Source: Dehalococcoidia bacterium (lineage in GTDB: Bacteria > Chloroflexota > Dehalococcoidia > Bin125). From it: 64,000 bases of DNA. Shown one piece after another: positions 19,944 through 30,490 of this stretch. Below the pieces are notes generated by a model. That model did not search any database, was not told where the DNA came from, and saw nothing but the letters and a program-made list of their open reading frames with translations. The translations under genes were made by a program, and so were the position numbers. Each line of letters opens with the position of its first letter. Positions within the stretch are counted from its first letter, which is position 1. The stretch covers positions 96,001-160,000 of the forward strand of contig CAXXRD010000005.1 of the NCBI GenBank assembly GCA_963663895.2, in the 5' to 3' direction.

Positions 19944-21956
19944 GTGCAGAACGCCTTCCTTCCGCTTGAGGACGACTTCGCGCTCTGGGTCGAGAGCGGC
20001 TTCATGCCCTCCGAGCCCGCGACGCAGGACTATCTGCGCTTCCTCGCGGACCCGGACGACGAGCGGGAGCCGCGGCCGAACGGGCTGTGGCGCCACCAGT
20101 GGGAGGCGCTGCTACGTTTGATCTACGCGCGCGAGGTAGCGAATCGCGGCTTCTGGGAAGACGGCCTGTTGCTCAACGTCGTCACCGGCGGCGGTAAGAC
20201 GGCGCTGATCGCGGCGACGATGGTCTGGCTGCGGCTCGCCCACGACGTGCGGCGTTTTCTCATCCTCTGCCCCAACCTGATCGTGCGCGATCGCCTTGAG
20301 GGTGACTTTCGCAGCGGCAAGGTGTTCGCCGAGCGCGGCCTGATCCCTCCCGGCGCGATCGTCTCGTCGGACGATTTCGCGCTGACCACGCTCGGCGGGG
20401 CATCAAGGGCGACGGCGGGCGATCTCTTCGGCGCGAACGTCGTGCTCGCCAACATCCACCAGTTCTACCGTAGCAGCGCGACCGGCCGGCAGAATCTCTG
20501 GAGTCTGCTGGAGGCCGACCAGACGCCGTTCGCTCTCTTCAACGACGAGGCGCACAACACGCCCGCGCCGGAGTACGACGCCACGCTGCGAGACCTCCAC
20601 ACCCACGGCGGGTTCCGCTTTCGCCTCGACACCACTGCGACGCCGGATCGAGCCGACGGTAAGCCGGTCGACAGCCGCATGATCTACGAATACGACGTTC
20701 CCGCCGCGCTGCATGACCGCGTCATCGCGACCCCCGTCGTCTATCAACCCAACATCAAGACGGTCGAGTTGACCTACACCGACGCGGAAACGGGTGAGAC
20801 GCGCCGTGTTGAGGAGATCGATTGGGACGAGGTCGATCGCGCGGGTCTCAGCGCCACCCAGTGGGTGACCGACGACAAGCCGATGAGTCAGCAGATCAGC
20901 ATCGCGCTCAACCGTCTCGGCGAGGCCAAGCGCAACGCCAACGGCCGCTACCATCCGGTGCTCTTCGTCGTCGCCGTTTGCAAGGCCGACGCGCGGGTTG
21001 CGCAGCGAATGCTGGAACAGCGGTTTGGGCTGCGCGCGCTGCTCGTGACCGAGGACGAGGACGAGCAGGCCCGTATCGACGCCGCTGCGATCGGCAAGAG
21101 AGGTAAGTACGATGCCGTCGTCAGCGTTGCGATGCTGCGCGAGGGTTGGGACGTGCCAGAGGTCGCGGTGATCCTGCTGCTGCGCAAGTTCGGCAGCAAG
21201 GTCTACGGCCCGCAGGTGGTCGGTCGCGGGCTGCGCCGCGTCCGCCGGGACGGCATCGAGCCGGACGAGCCACAGATCTGCGCGATCGTTGATCATCCAA
21301 AGCTCGACCACGACTGGCTGTGGGAACTGCTGCGCGCCCGCGTGCGCAGTGATGTCGGCGTAGACCAACAGTTCGATGAGCGCGAGGAGGTCGGTGAGCC
21401 CCCGCCGCGCCAGGAGATCGTCAACCGCGATCTGCTTATCAGTATCCCTGAGCCGCAAGAGGACGAATCGGTGATCCTTGATCCGGTAACGGCTGAGCCA
21501 TCGCCGAAGCCAGCGCGCGACTGGCGCCAGCAGCTTGCCGCGCTCGCGTATGGGGCTGAGGCAGTAGAGATCACCGATGTGATGCTGAAGGGCGTCACAG
21601 GACAGGAACTCAGCCCGGGCGGCTGGACGCGGCACAAGAGAGCGCCTGCCGACATCGCCGCGGGCGAAGGCACGCAGCAGCTATCCGCCGACGAATTGCG
21701 CGAGCACATACGGGAACGTCTCCACCAGATCGCGGAACTAGCGACGATCGAGGCAGGCTATCCAGCGCCGCTGCGGCGGCACGTCTACCCGCCGCTGCTC
21801 GAACATCTCTCGGAGCGCTGGCTCGGCGGCGTGGCTATCCCCTTCGCGGAAGAGGACGCGCTGCGCGGTGCGGCGCGGTGGCTCCACCAACTGGAGGCCG
21901 CGCTGTTGGCGCGCACGGACATCGTCGGCGGGATGGTTGAGCATGGCGCTCGGTAA
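19944..21956 (+). CDS. Type III Res-like SF2 helicase/ATPase, lacking a C-terminal nuclease
   Basis: TGGGKT, DEAH, TATP, MLREGWDVP and QVVGRGLR motifs; GTG start 4 nt after the MTase stop. Confidence 0.88.
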   Translation: MQNAFLPLEDDFALWVESGFMPSEPATQDYLRFLADPDDEREPRPNGLWRHQWEALLRLIYAREVANRGFWEDGLLLNVVTGGGKTALIAATMVWLRLAHDVRRFLILCPNLIVRDRLEGDFRSGKVFAERGLIPPGAIVSSDDFALTTLGGASRATAGDLFGANVVLANIHQFYRSSATGRQNLWSLLEADQTPFALFNDEAHNTPAPEYDATLRDLHTHGGFRFRLDTTATPDRADGKPVDSRMIYEYDVPAALHDRVIATPVVYQPNIKTVELTYTDAETGETRRVEEIDWDEVDRAGLSATQWVTDDKPMSQQISIALNRLGEAKRNANGRYHPVLFVVAVCKADARVAQRMLEQRFGLRALLVTEDEDEQARIDAAAIGKRGKYDAVVSVAMLREGWDVPEVAVILLLRKFGSKVYGPQVVGRGLRRVRRDGIEPDEPQICAIVDHPKLDHDWLWELLRARVRSDVGVDQQFDEREEVGEPPPRQEIVNRDLLISIPEPQEDESVILDPVTAEPSPKPARDWRQQLAALAYGAEAVEITDVMLKGVTGQELSPGGWTRHKRAPADIAAGEGTQQLSADELREHIRERLHQIAELATIEAGYPAPLRRHVYPPLLEHLSERWLGGVAIPFAEEDALRGAARWLHQLEAALLARTDIVGGMVEHGAR

Positions 21957-22293
21957 GCGCGGCAACTTCGAGAATCCTGGCAAGAGCGCGTGGAACTTCG
22001 AGGTCTACGACAGTGGTCTCGAACACCGCATGATGGAGCGCCTTGAGGCTGACCCCACCGTGCGCAAGTGGACGAAACGCCACGGCGTTTCGATCGGCTG
22101 GCTCGACTCGCGCCACCGCCGCCACACTTATCGCCCCGACTTCCTTATTGAGTACGTCGATGGCTCGCTCGCACTGATCGAGGTCAAAGGCGCGGGGCTG
22201 GTCGATTCGGAGGCTGTTCAGCGGAAGCGTCAGGCCGCTGAGTTGTGGTGCCGTCGCCGTGGCATGGAGTACTCGCTGGAGACCATCGGGTAA
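21943..22293 (+). CDS. Stand-alone PD-(D/E)xK endonuclease, TnsA-N-like
   Basis: YDSGLE..MERLE.DP.V and YRPDFLIEY...LIEVKG; its ATG overlaps the helicase 3' end by 14 nt. Confidence 0.8.
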   Translation: MALGKRGNFENPGKSAWNFEVYDSGLEHRMMERLEADPTVRKWTKRHGVSIGWLDSRHRRHTYRPDFLIEYVDGSLALIEVKGAGLVDSEAVQRKRQAAELWCRRRGMEYSLETIG

Positions 22294-22359
22294 TTGGCCT
22301 GATGCTGGACAACGCCAGCGCGATCTGTTCTAAGTCGTCTCGCAGCGCGGCTACGGGGG

Positions 22360-22665
22360 CTAGGCGGGATGCGCGGCTTCTAGGCAGGTGACGCCGGCAG
22401 CGCCGACGGTGGCGGCGTGCGGGGTGTCCATGGGGATGTCGAGGCGGTCGCCGGGGGCGAGGACGTGGTCGCCCGTATCCGTGTGGAAGGTGATGCCGCC
22501 GCGGATGCAGAAGAGAACTTTGTCGTAGGGATGGGCGTGCCAGTCGTAGCGGGTAGCCGCGGCGTTGGACCAAGCGTGCGGCGTCAGGGATTCCGCGGCG
22601 AAGGCGGCGCGCGCGGCGGCTTCCGGGCTTGGATTCCCTCGATATGACACGCGGCGGCTCCTCAC
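22360..22665 (-). CDS. Cupin domain protein
   Basis: YDWHAHPYDKVLFCIRG and LAPGDRLDIPMDTPHAA cupin motifs; start uncertain. Confidence 0.8.
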   Translation of the reverse strand: MRSRRVSYRGNPSPEAAARAAFAAESLTPHAWSNAAATRYDWHAHPYDKVLFCIRGGITFHTDTGDHVLAPGDRLDIPMDTPHAATVGAAGVTCLEAAHPA

Positions 22666-22805
22666 GCCGGCCGAGCATACCGTTCGAACGCATAGCGCCG
22701 CACATAGTTGTGCCCGGCCGGGGGATGAGCCGTACGAGCGCGCGCAGAGGCGCGTAGAATGAGCGTAGGAGGACGCCGGAGCCGCCGAGCCGGGGGGAGA
22801 GTGCC

Positions 22806-23420
22806 ATGTCTGCCGAGTCACCGCGTGTCGAATTCACGGAGGCAGCGAAGACCAAGCTGCGCGAGGTGATCGCGAATTACCCGGAGCCGGTCGCGGGGCT
22901 GCGCTTGAAGGTCGCCCGCCGAGGGCCCGAAGGCCTCGATCACCTGCTGACCATCGTTGAAGAGGGCACCGAGCCGGAGGGCGACGCGGTGGTCGATGCC
23001 GGCGGGATCACCGTATTCGTCGAGGGCGCGAACGTGTCCTATCTGGACGGCGTCTCGATCCACTATGAGGACAAGGGTCTTGGAGTGAGTGGCCTGGAGT
23101 TCGACAATCCGAATCCCACGTGGCTGGATCCGCTCGCCGCGCGGCTGCAGGAGCTGTTCGACGTGCACATCAATCCGCAGATCGCGGCGCACGGGGGCTA
23201 TGTGAGTCTTTTGGACGTGCAGGACAGGACCGCTTACATCGAGATGGGCGGCGGGTGCCAGGGGTGCGGCATGGCGAACGTCACGCTCAAACAGGGGATT
23301 GAGGTGGTGATTCGGGAAGAGATCCCGGAGATCGAACAGATCATCGATACGACCGACCACGCATCGGGGTCCAATCCCTACTACACGCCCTCCAAGGCGG
23401 GAGCCGGCGCGGCGAAGTAG
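22806..23420 (+). CDS. nfuA: Fe-S biogenesis protein NfuA (degenerate A-type carrier plus Nfu domain)
   Basis: FTEAAK...LRL, FDNPNP, INPQIAAHGG and GGGCQGCGMA..TLKQGIE. Confidence 0.9.
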   Translation: MSAESPRVEFTEAAKTKLREVIANYPEPVAGLRLKVARRGPEGLDHLLTIVEEGTEPEGDAVVDAGGITVFVEGANVSYLDGVSIHYEDKGLGVSGLEFDNPNPTWLDPLAARLQELFDVHINPQIAAHGGYVSLLDVQDRTAYIEMGGGCQGCGMANVTLKQGIEVVIREEIPEIEQIIDTTDHASGSNPYYTPSKAGAGAAK

Positions 23421-23451
23421 CCGCGGCCTTCGCGGCTCGGAGCCGCGCCCT

Positions 23452-24909
23452 ATGCGGGTTCTCCTCGCTTCGACGTACGAGTTGGGGCATCAGCCGCTCG
23501 GGCTGGCGTCGCCGGCGGCCGCCTTGCGGGCGGCGGGACACGAAGTCCGCTGCCTCGATCTGGCCGTGGAACGGCTGCCTGGGGCGGCGCTCACCGAAGC
23601 GGAACTCGTTGGCATCTCCGTGCCCATGCATACGGCCGCGCGGCTGGGCTTGGCCCTCGCGGCGCGGGTGCGGGCCCTGAGTCCGAGCGCCCATATCGTG
23701 CTGTACGGCCTCTACGCTTCGTCGCTGCACGCGCAGCTGCTGGGGCGCGGGGTCGTTGATTCGGTGGTGGGCGGTGAGTATGAGCCGGGGCTTGTGCGGC
23801 TCGCCCGCGCTCTCGCGGCGGGCGAGGCGGCGGCGGAGGGGATCGACGGCGTGGGCGTCGATCCGAGCTTCGCGCGAGGCGCCCAGATCGTGCCGGATCG
23901 TCGTGGACTGCCCCCCTTGCATCACTACGCGCGCCTCTCCCTGGGGAACAAGGGAGGCGAAGGCTCGCATGAGGGTGACTTGCGGCTGGCGGGCTACGTG
24001 GAAGCGAGCCGGGGTTGCGCGCATGTCTGCCGCCACTGTCCGATCACGCCGGTATACGACGGGCGTCTGCGGGTGGCGGCGATGGAGACGACGCTGGCCG
24101 ATATTGACCAGCTCGTCGCGATGGGCGCGCGGCATATCACCTTTGGCGATCCGGATTTCTTCAACGCCGTGTCCCGCTCGCTGGCCATCGTCGAGGAGAT
24201 GCGGCGCCGCCATGCGGACGTGACCTTCGACGCGACGGTGAAAGTCGAGCACCTGCTGGAGCATGCGGATCTGCTGCCGCGCCTGCGAGAGTTGGGCGGC
24301 TTGTTTCTGACCTCGGCGTTCGAGTCGACGAACGACGCCGTGCTGGCGCGGCTCGACAAGGGGCACACGCGCGCTGATATGGAGCGAGCCTTGGCACTGG
24401 TGCGAGACGCGGGACTGACGTTGCGGCCCACCTGGCTTCCGTTCACGCCCTGGGCAACAGCCGAGGACTTCTTGGAGCTGCTGGAGTTCGTCGAGCGCTG
24501 GGGACTGGTCGAGAGCGTACAGCCGGTGCAGCTTGCGCTGCGCCTGTTGGTCCCTCCGGGTTCGGCGTTGGTGGAGGCGTTGGAGGCGGATGGATTGCTC
24601 GGCGAGTACGACGAGGATGGACTGACCTATACATGGCGCGGCGTCGATCCGAGGGTGGAGGCCTTGCAGGCGGACGTGGCGACGATCGTTGAGAGCGCGG
24701 CTCATGAGCACGACCGGCGGGAATCCGCACTGGCGACGTTCACTGCGGTGAAGCGCGTGGCCTACCGGGCCGTGACCGGCGTGGACGGAGCGGTGGAGGT
24801 GGTTTCGCAACCGCCCGCCGTGGTGCCGGGGCTTACCGAGGCATGGTTCTGTTGAGCGGAGCCGACCGCGGAGCAGTTGGCTCCGCTCGAGGTCGCGGCA
24901 ACGGTTTAG
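23452..24909 (+). CDS. CUAEP-tail B12-binding radical SAM selenoprotein (Sec UGA at 24853-24855)
   Basis: N-terminal cobalamin-binding-type domain and RGCAHVCRHC motif. TGG TTC TGT TGA GCG GAG CCG reads WFC-U-AEP and continues to TAG at 24907-24909. A SECIS-like hairpin follows, and selA is in the window. Confidence 0.88.
24856..24886 (+). promoter_or_regulatory. Putative bacterial SECIS hairpin
   Basis: GCGGAGCCGAC pairs with GTTGGCTCCGC (11 bp including G-U pairing) around CGCGGAGCA, starting immediately 3' of the UGA, with a G-led apical loop. Confidence 0.7.
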
Positions 24910-24965
24910 CGACCAACTCTACGCGCGGGCCTCAATGCGCGGCGCCTGCGGAAGATCCGGAAAGC

Positions 24966-26243
24966 TCACGGCGATGAGGGACGGCTCCGCTCGGCGGGCG
25001 AAGACGGACTGCCGGCGCTGCTCGTATCGAGTTCGAAAGTGAGCGCGGCGTGGGCCCGGCGCAGCGCCGCTTCCACGGCGCCGGGCGCCTCTCCGCGAGC
25101 GAAGATGAAGCCCGGATACTCGCCGCCTTCTGGTAGGGGGACGAGGCGTCTCCCCGCCGTGACGGTGATGAGGACCTCCGTGATCAAAGGTACCGCGCGT
25201 GCCTCGTCGACGCCGTGGACGGCTTGGAGGATTCCTTCCCCGGGGACGGGGATCATCATCACGCCCGATGCGAGCGAGTCGCGCTCCACGTTCGGCGCCT
25301 CGTCGAGCGCCTGTCGCAGCACGAGTTCCTCCAGGGAGGCACCGCCGGCGAAGGTGAGGGCGCGGGCGCAGTGCCCGCCGATCGTGCGCGCCGCGAGGTC
25401 GATCGGCCAGATACCGTCTTCGTTGATGCGGAGCTCGATGTGGACCGGGCCCGAATGGAGGCCGAGCGCGTGCGCGGCCCGGGCGGCGGTCGCGGCGATC
25501 GTCTCCTGCTCCTTCTGCGGTAGCCGCGATGGGGTGACGTAGATGGTTTCCTCGAAGTAAGGACCGTCCAATGGGTCCGGTTTGTCGAAGAGCGCGAGGA
25601 GTTGGAGGTCGCCGTGCTCCAGGAGTCCCTCAAGGGCGACCTCGGTGCCTGGGATGAACTCCTCGATCAAGACTCCCGCTGCCGCGTCGCCGCACTCGGC
25701 GGCGATTTCGGGGTTGGAGAGCAGAGCGCGAAGCCGCTGGAACGCGGCGACGAAGGTTGGCGGGTTGTCGGCGCGGATAACGCCACGGCTGCCCGACAAT
25801 GCAAGCGGCTTGAGGACACACGGGTAGGGCGCGCGTTCGGCTAGGACGGTGGGGTCGTCGCGGATGACGGCGGCGAGATACTTGGGCGAAGCCAGCCCGG
25901 CCTCGGCAAGCCGCCGCCGCAAGCTGAGCTTGTTGCGCGTCGCCAAGACGGCGTCGATGGGGTTGTGCGGGAGGTCCAGCCAGCGGGCGGCCCGGGAGGC
26001 GAGCGCGATGCCTTGGTCGTCGATGGCGAGGATGGCGTCGAGTGGATGGTCGTGGGCGAAAGCCGCGATCTGCTGTGGGCCGGCTTCGGGATCCTCATAG
26101 TCGACGTGGAGCATGCGAGCGGACGCGAGCGCGGGCGCGCGGTTGCTGCCGACTACGATCTCCGCGCCCAAGCGTTCGGCTGCGGCGAGAAAGGCGTCCG
26201 CGCGGTAGGTAGCGCTGGGTATGAGGAGCAGAACGCGCCGCAC
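24966..26243 (-). CDS. ATP-grasp domain ligase
   Basis: [39 protein letters not shown] and GPVHIELR...IDLAAR; GTG start at 26243. Confidence 0.88.
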   Translation of the reverse strand: MRRVLLLIPSATYRADAFLAAAERLGAEIVVGSNRAPALASARMLHVDYEDPEAGPQQIAAFAHDHPLDAILAIDDQGIALASRAARWLDLPHNPIDAVLATRNKLSLRRRLAEAGLASPKYLAAVIRDDPTVLAERAPYPCVLKPLALSGSRGVIRADNPPTFVAAFQRLRALLSNPEIAAECGDAAAGVLIEEFIPGTEVALEGLLEHGDLQLLALFDKPDPLDGPYFEETIYVTPSRLPQKEQETIAATAARAAHALGLHSGPVHIELRINEDGIWPIDLAARTIGGHCARALTFAGGASLEELVLRQALDEAPNVERDSLASGVMMIPVPGEGILQAVHGVDEARAVPLITEVLITVTAGRRLVPLPEGGEYPGFIFARGEAPGAVEAALRRAHAALTFELDTSSAGSPSSPAERSRPSSP

Positions 26244-26330
26244 TGGTCCATTGTAGCTGCGGGTAGCCGCGCGCTCACGGTAGGGTGCACGCCGCCGCAC
26301 GGTATGCTCGCGAGGGACGAAGGAGTGGCG

Positions 26331-28628
26331 ATGTCGATTGAGGCCGCTGCCGGCGCTACGACAATTTACATAAAGGGAATGCACTGTGCCTCTTGCGTGG
26401 TGCGAGTGGAAGAGGCCCTGCGCGGCGTTTCCGGCGTCGATGGGGTTGCGGTCAATCTGGTGAGCGAGTCGGCCACGGTGCAGCCGGCTGCGGGTGGAGT
26501 GGATGGCGCTGCGCTCGTCGCGGCGGTGCGGAACGCCGGGTACGAAATTCGCCGCCCGCCCGCCGAGGCGGCGGTGGAGGCGTGGGAGGGGGAGGAGCAG
26601 GCTCGAGAGCGGTCTGCGCTGCTGTGGAGCGCAATGGGGGCGCTGCTGCTCGGGTGGGCGACGTTCCTGGCGATGCAGGTCAACCGTTGGGCCGGGCTGA
26701 ACTTGGACCGCGACGCGCTGTTCATCACGATCTTCGTGGTGGCGACTCCCGTTCTGCTCTTGAGCGGGGAACGGATCTTTCGGGCCGCGTTAAAGGTCGC
26801 CAGACATGGGACATCCGATATGAACACGTTGATCACCGTGGGGGTGGCGGCGGCGTTCGGGTACAGCCTGGGGGCGACGTTCGCGGGCGGAGCTTTCGAG
26901 GAGGCGGGATTAAGGCGGGATGTTTTCTACGACACCGCGCTGATCATCGTTGGGTTCGTGCTGCTGGGGCGTTACCTGGAAGCGCGGGCGAAAGGGAAGA
27001 CCTCCTCGGCGATCCAGCGGCTGCTGAACTTGCGGCCGGCGCTGGCGCGGATCGTTCGCGAAGGACGGGAGATCGAGGTGCCCGCGGCGACGTTGCAGGT
27101 AGGGGACGTGTTCGTCGTCCGGCCTGGCGAACAGATCCCCACCGATGGGGAGGTAATAGCGGGGCTGAGCAGCGTCGACGAGTCGATGCTCACCGGCGAG
27201 AGCTTGCCGGTGGAGAAGGGCCCGGGAGGGCGGGTGTTCGGCGCGACGATCAACGGCACCGGGGCGCTGCGGCTGCGGGCGACGCAAGTGGGCGCCGAGA
27301 CGGCGCTGGCCCGAATCACGGCGCTTGTCGAAGCGGCGCAGGCGTCCAAAGCCCCGATCCAGCGGCTCGCGGATCGGATCGCCGGCGTCTTCGTGCCCGT
27401 GGTGATCGCCATCGCGCTAACGACGTTCTTTGTGTGGTGGGCGGCGGGCCCCGATCCGGCGCTCACCATCGCCACACTCAACGCGGTTGCGGTGTTGGTG
27501 GTTGCATGCCCATGCGCGCTCGGTCTCGCGACGCCGACGGCGGTGACGGCCGGCAGCGGCCGGGCGGCGCAGCAGGGGGTGCTCTTTCGGTCGGCCGAGG
27601 CATTGGAGGCGCTGCCGGGCGTCGAGATCGTTGCCTTTGACAAGACCGGCACGCTCACCGAGGGTCGCCCGGCGGTCGTGGAGGTGGGGCCGCTCGGCGG
27701 CTGGGACCGCGCGGCCGTGCTCCGTATGGCGGGTGCGGCGGGGCGGGACTCGGAGCATCCGTTGGCGCGAGCGGTGGCTGCGGCGTCGCCCCGTCCGCCG
27801 GACGAGATGCGGGTGGATGGGTTCGAGGCGGTGCTGGGCCGGGGCGCACGGGCGATCGTCGACGGACGGCGGGTCGTGTTGGGTAACGAAGCGTTCATGC
27901 GCGCGTCGGGGTGCGAGACCGCCGCTGCGCGGGAACCGGCGGCGCGGATGGCGGAGCGAGGGCTTACGCCCCTCTTCGTCGGCGTGGATTCCGAGCTTGC
28001 GGGGGTGATCGGGATGGGGGATGCGATCAAGCCGACGGCACGGCGGGCGATCGCTGCGGTGCGAGCGCTGGGGTTGCGGACGGGAATGCTCAGCGGCGAT
28101 CACTGCGCGACCGCGGAGGCCGTCGCCGCCGATCTCGGCATCGATACGGTGGCGGCGGAGCTGCTCCCGGATGAGAAGCTCGCGGCCATCGGAGGTTGGC
28201 AAGCGGCGGGTGCGCGCGTGGCGATGGTAGGAGATGGGATCAATGACGCGCCCGCCCTCGCACAGGCGGATGTCGGGATCGCCATGGGCCGGGGGGCGGA
28301 CGTGGCGATCGAATCCGGCGATGTCACATTGATGCGCGACGATCCTCGCGGCGTGGCGCGGGCGCTGATTCTGAGCCGCGCCACGATGCGGGTGATTCGT
28401 CAGAACCTAGCTTGGGCGTTCGTATACAACCTGCTGCTGATCCCGGTTGCGGCGGGGATCTTCTATCCGTTGTTCGAGGCGCTGGGATCCGTGCCGGGGG
28501 GACTCACATGGCTGTTGGGCGAGCGAGGCTTCTTCGAACCGATCGTGGCGGCCGTCGCGATGATGCTGTCCAGTCTGAGCGTGATGGTGAACTCGTTGCG
28601 GCTGCAGCGCTTGCACCTCGATCCATGA
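26331..28628 (+). CDS. copA: Cu(I)-translocating P1B-type ATPase
   Basis: GMHCASC HMA domain, [26 protein letters not shown] and MxxSS motifs. Confidence 0.93.
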   Translation: MSIEAAAGATTIYIKGMHCASCVVRVEEALRGVSGVDGVAVNLVSESATVQPAAGGVDGAALVAAVRNAGYEIRRPPAEAAVEAWEGEEQARERSALLWSAMGALLLGWATFLAMQVNRWAGLNLDRDALFITIFVVATPVLLLSGERIFRAALKVARHGTSDMNTLITVGVAAAFGYSLGATFAGGAFEEAGLRRDVFYDTALIIVGFVLLGRYLEARAKGKTSSAIQRLLNLRPALARIVREGREIEVPAATLQVGDVFVVRPGEQIPTDGEVIAGLSSVDESMLTGESLPVEKGPGGRVFGATINGTGALRLRATQVGAETALARITALVEAAQASKAPIQRLADRIAGVFVPVVIAIALTTFFVWWAAGPDPALTIATLNAVAVLVVACPCALGLATPTAVTAGSGRAAQQGVLFRSAEALEALPGVEIVAFDKTGTLTEGRPAVVEVGPLGGWDRAAVLRMAGAAGRDSEHPLARAVAAASPRPPDEMRVDGFEAVLGRGARAIVDGRRVVLGNEAFMRASGCETAAAREPAARMAERGLTPLFVGVDSELAGVIGMGDAIKPTARRAIAAVRALGLRTGMLSGDHCATAEAVAADLGIDTVAAELLPDEKLAAIGGWQAAGARVAMVGDGINDAPALAQADVGIAMGRGADVAIESGDVTLMRDDPRGVARALILSRATMRVIRQNLAWAFVYNLLLIPVAAGIFYPLFEALGSVPGGLTWLLGERGFFEPIVAAVAMMLSSLSVMVNSLRLQRLHLDP

Positions 28629-28725
28629 TGCGCGGGGGATCCCCGCGGACGGTCTGAAGATCGCCCCATAGCGGCTCCGGTGGCGGGAGAGAGAGGCGAA
28701 GCGTCGCGGGCCTTTGGGGCCGGCT

Positions 28726-30336
28726 CTAGGCGTGCTGCGGCAGGGCCTTGGCTGCCGTCGGTGCAGGGGCGGAAGCCATCAAGGTGAAGCGCTGGCGGAG
28801 TTCCCGCTCGTATTCACGGACGGCAGCGCGGCGTTGGGTTTCCCCCCAGCCGAGCCGGTCGCCCATGATGGCGGCAACGCGAGCGGCAGCGGCGCGGCCT
28901 TGGTCGTGGGTGAGGCCGACTGCCGTACGGCGCAGGAGGACGTCGCCGATGGTGCGGGCAGCCTCGCGGTCGACCGCGTAGGCGACTTGCGCGCCGATGT
29001 CGGGGTGGACGGGACTGACCGGCTCCGCCAGGTCGGGCTCGGCGGCGGCGAGCCCGGCGACGTCGGCGGCCACAGGCCCGTAGAGCTGCGCGAGGTGATC
29101 GCGTGCGTCGGGGGAGAGGAAGGGCATCCGGACGGGCTCGTGCGCGGGGAGTGCGCGGGGCCGTCCGCTGCGCGGCGGGGCCCCGATGACGCGGCGCGCG
29201 GCTTTTACCACGGCCTCGGCCGTCCGCTCGGCCGTTGCCAGCCTTCCTCCCACGATCGAGAAGAGTCCAGCGACGCCTTCGCGTTTGTGATCGATCAGGT
29301 GGTGGCGGCGCGGGATACCCTTTTCGAGAGCTTCGCGCGGGCGGTAAGGAAGGGGGCGGACGCCGCTGTAGGCGTAGAGAATGCCCGATCGGTCGATGCC
29401 GATCCCCGGTAGCAAGCGCGCGGCTTCGCTCACAAGATATTCGACCTCCCAGTCCTCCGTCGCCGCGGATCGAGGGTCGCCGGCGAATCGCACGTCGGTG
29501 GTGCCCAGAATGTGGTGATCGAGCCAGGGAATTACGAAGATGTGGCGGCCGTCCGCGTGGGCGTTGGCGACGACGGCATGCCCCGGTCCACGGCCCTGCA
29601 GGTCGAGGACGAGATGGGAGCCTTTGGTGGGACCGAGCCGGGGGCGAAGCGGCTCGCCCGTGGCCTTGAGCACTGCGTCGACCCAGGGGCCGGCTGCGTT
29701 GACGATCATGTGCGCGTCGGCGTGGTGGCGGCGGCCGCTGATCACGTCGTGGTAGTCGACCCCGCTGGCGACCCCGTCGTTGACGAGGATGAAGTCGACG
29801 GTGCAGTAGTTGCGGGCGTCCGCTCCCGCTTTGCGGGCCTCGGCGATGTACTCGATGCAAAGACGCTCCGGGATCAGGATCTGCGCATCGTAGTAGAGGT
29901 AGGCGGCCGCGAGGTCCTCCGTGCTGAGAGCGGGTTCGAGGCGCTCCAACTCGCGCCGCGCGAGAGAGCGGTGGCCGGGGGAGACCTTGCGGGGCGAGAT
30001 CAGGTCGTAGAGGTAGAGGCTGCCGCGCACGTACGGCGCGGGACGCGGGTCGTCTTGGTAGACGGGAAAGAGGAACGGAATCGGACGCACGAGATGGGGG
30101 CGTCTGCGGAGCAGCCGCTCCCGCGCTTGCAGCGACTCGTGAACCAAGCGGGCGTTGCCGGCTTGCAGGTAGCGGAGGCCGCCGTGGATCAGCTTGGTCG
30201 AAGCGGCGGTGGTGCCGGAGGCAAAGTCATTCTGCTCGAGCAGGAGGATGCGGTAGCCCTGGCGCGTCAGGGCGGCGGCCGCGGCGCCGCCGTTGATCCC
30301 GCCGCCGATGAGGATGACGTCGTAGTCGGTGGCCAC
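28726..30336 (-). CDS. glpD: FAD-dependent glycerol-3-phosphate dehydrogenase/oxidase
   Basis: IGGGING, DFASGTTAASTKLIHGGLRYL, VNAAGPWVD, KGSHL, GTTD and SGVRPL. Confidence 0.9.
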   Translation of the reverse strand: MATDYDVILIGGGINGGAAAAALTRQGYRILLLEQNDFASGTTAASTKLIHGGLRYLQAGNARLVHESLQARERLLRRRPHLVRPIPFLFPVYQDDPRPAPYVRGSLYLYDLISPRKVSPGHRSLARRELERLEPALSTEDLAAAYLYYDAQILIPERLCIEYIAEARKAGADARNYCTVDFILVNDGVASGVDYHDVISGRRHHADAHMIVNAAGPWVDAVLKATGEPLRPRLGPTKGSHLVLDLQGRGPGHAVVANAHADGRHIFVIPWLDHHILGTTDVRFAGDPRSAATEDWEVEYLVSEAARLLPGIGIDRSGILYAYSGVRPLPYRPREALEKGIPRRHHLIDHKREGVAGLFSIVGGRLATAERTAEAVVKAARRVIGAPPRSGRPRALPAHEPVRMPFLSPDARDHLAQLYGPVAADVAGLAAAEPDLAEPVSPVHPDIGAQVAYAVDREAARTIGDVLLRRTAVGLTHDQGRAAAARVAAIMGDRLGWGETQRRAAVREYERELRQRFTLMASAPAPTAAKALPQHA

Positions 30337-30490
30337 GGGCGATGCGAGGCTCCGCTACCGCGCGAGCAGGCCGGCGTCGATTGATGGGGAACGGACCGGC
30401 CGGAGGGATGGCAAGACTGCACCCTCCGGGGTGGCCGGACGCTTGCGTGAGTGCGGAGCCGGTGAAACCCGGTTGCGCCGGGCGAGCGGG

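Noticed and set aside
21943-22293. TnsA-like gene as evidence of a Tn7 or CAST element
   Set aside because: No tnsB, tnsC, tniQ, cas genes or terminal repeats; the context is restriction-modification.
23341-24810. 489-aa minus-strand ORF
   Set aside because: Antisense to the radical SAM gene; no recognisable domain.
25965-26330. N-terminal extension of copA in the ORF track
   Set aside because: Overlaps the ATP-grasp gene; an AAGGAG RBS supports ATG at 26331.
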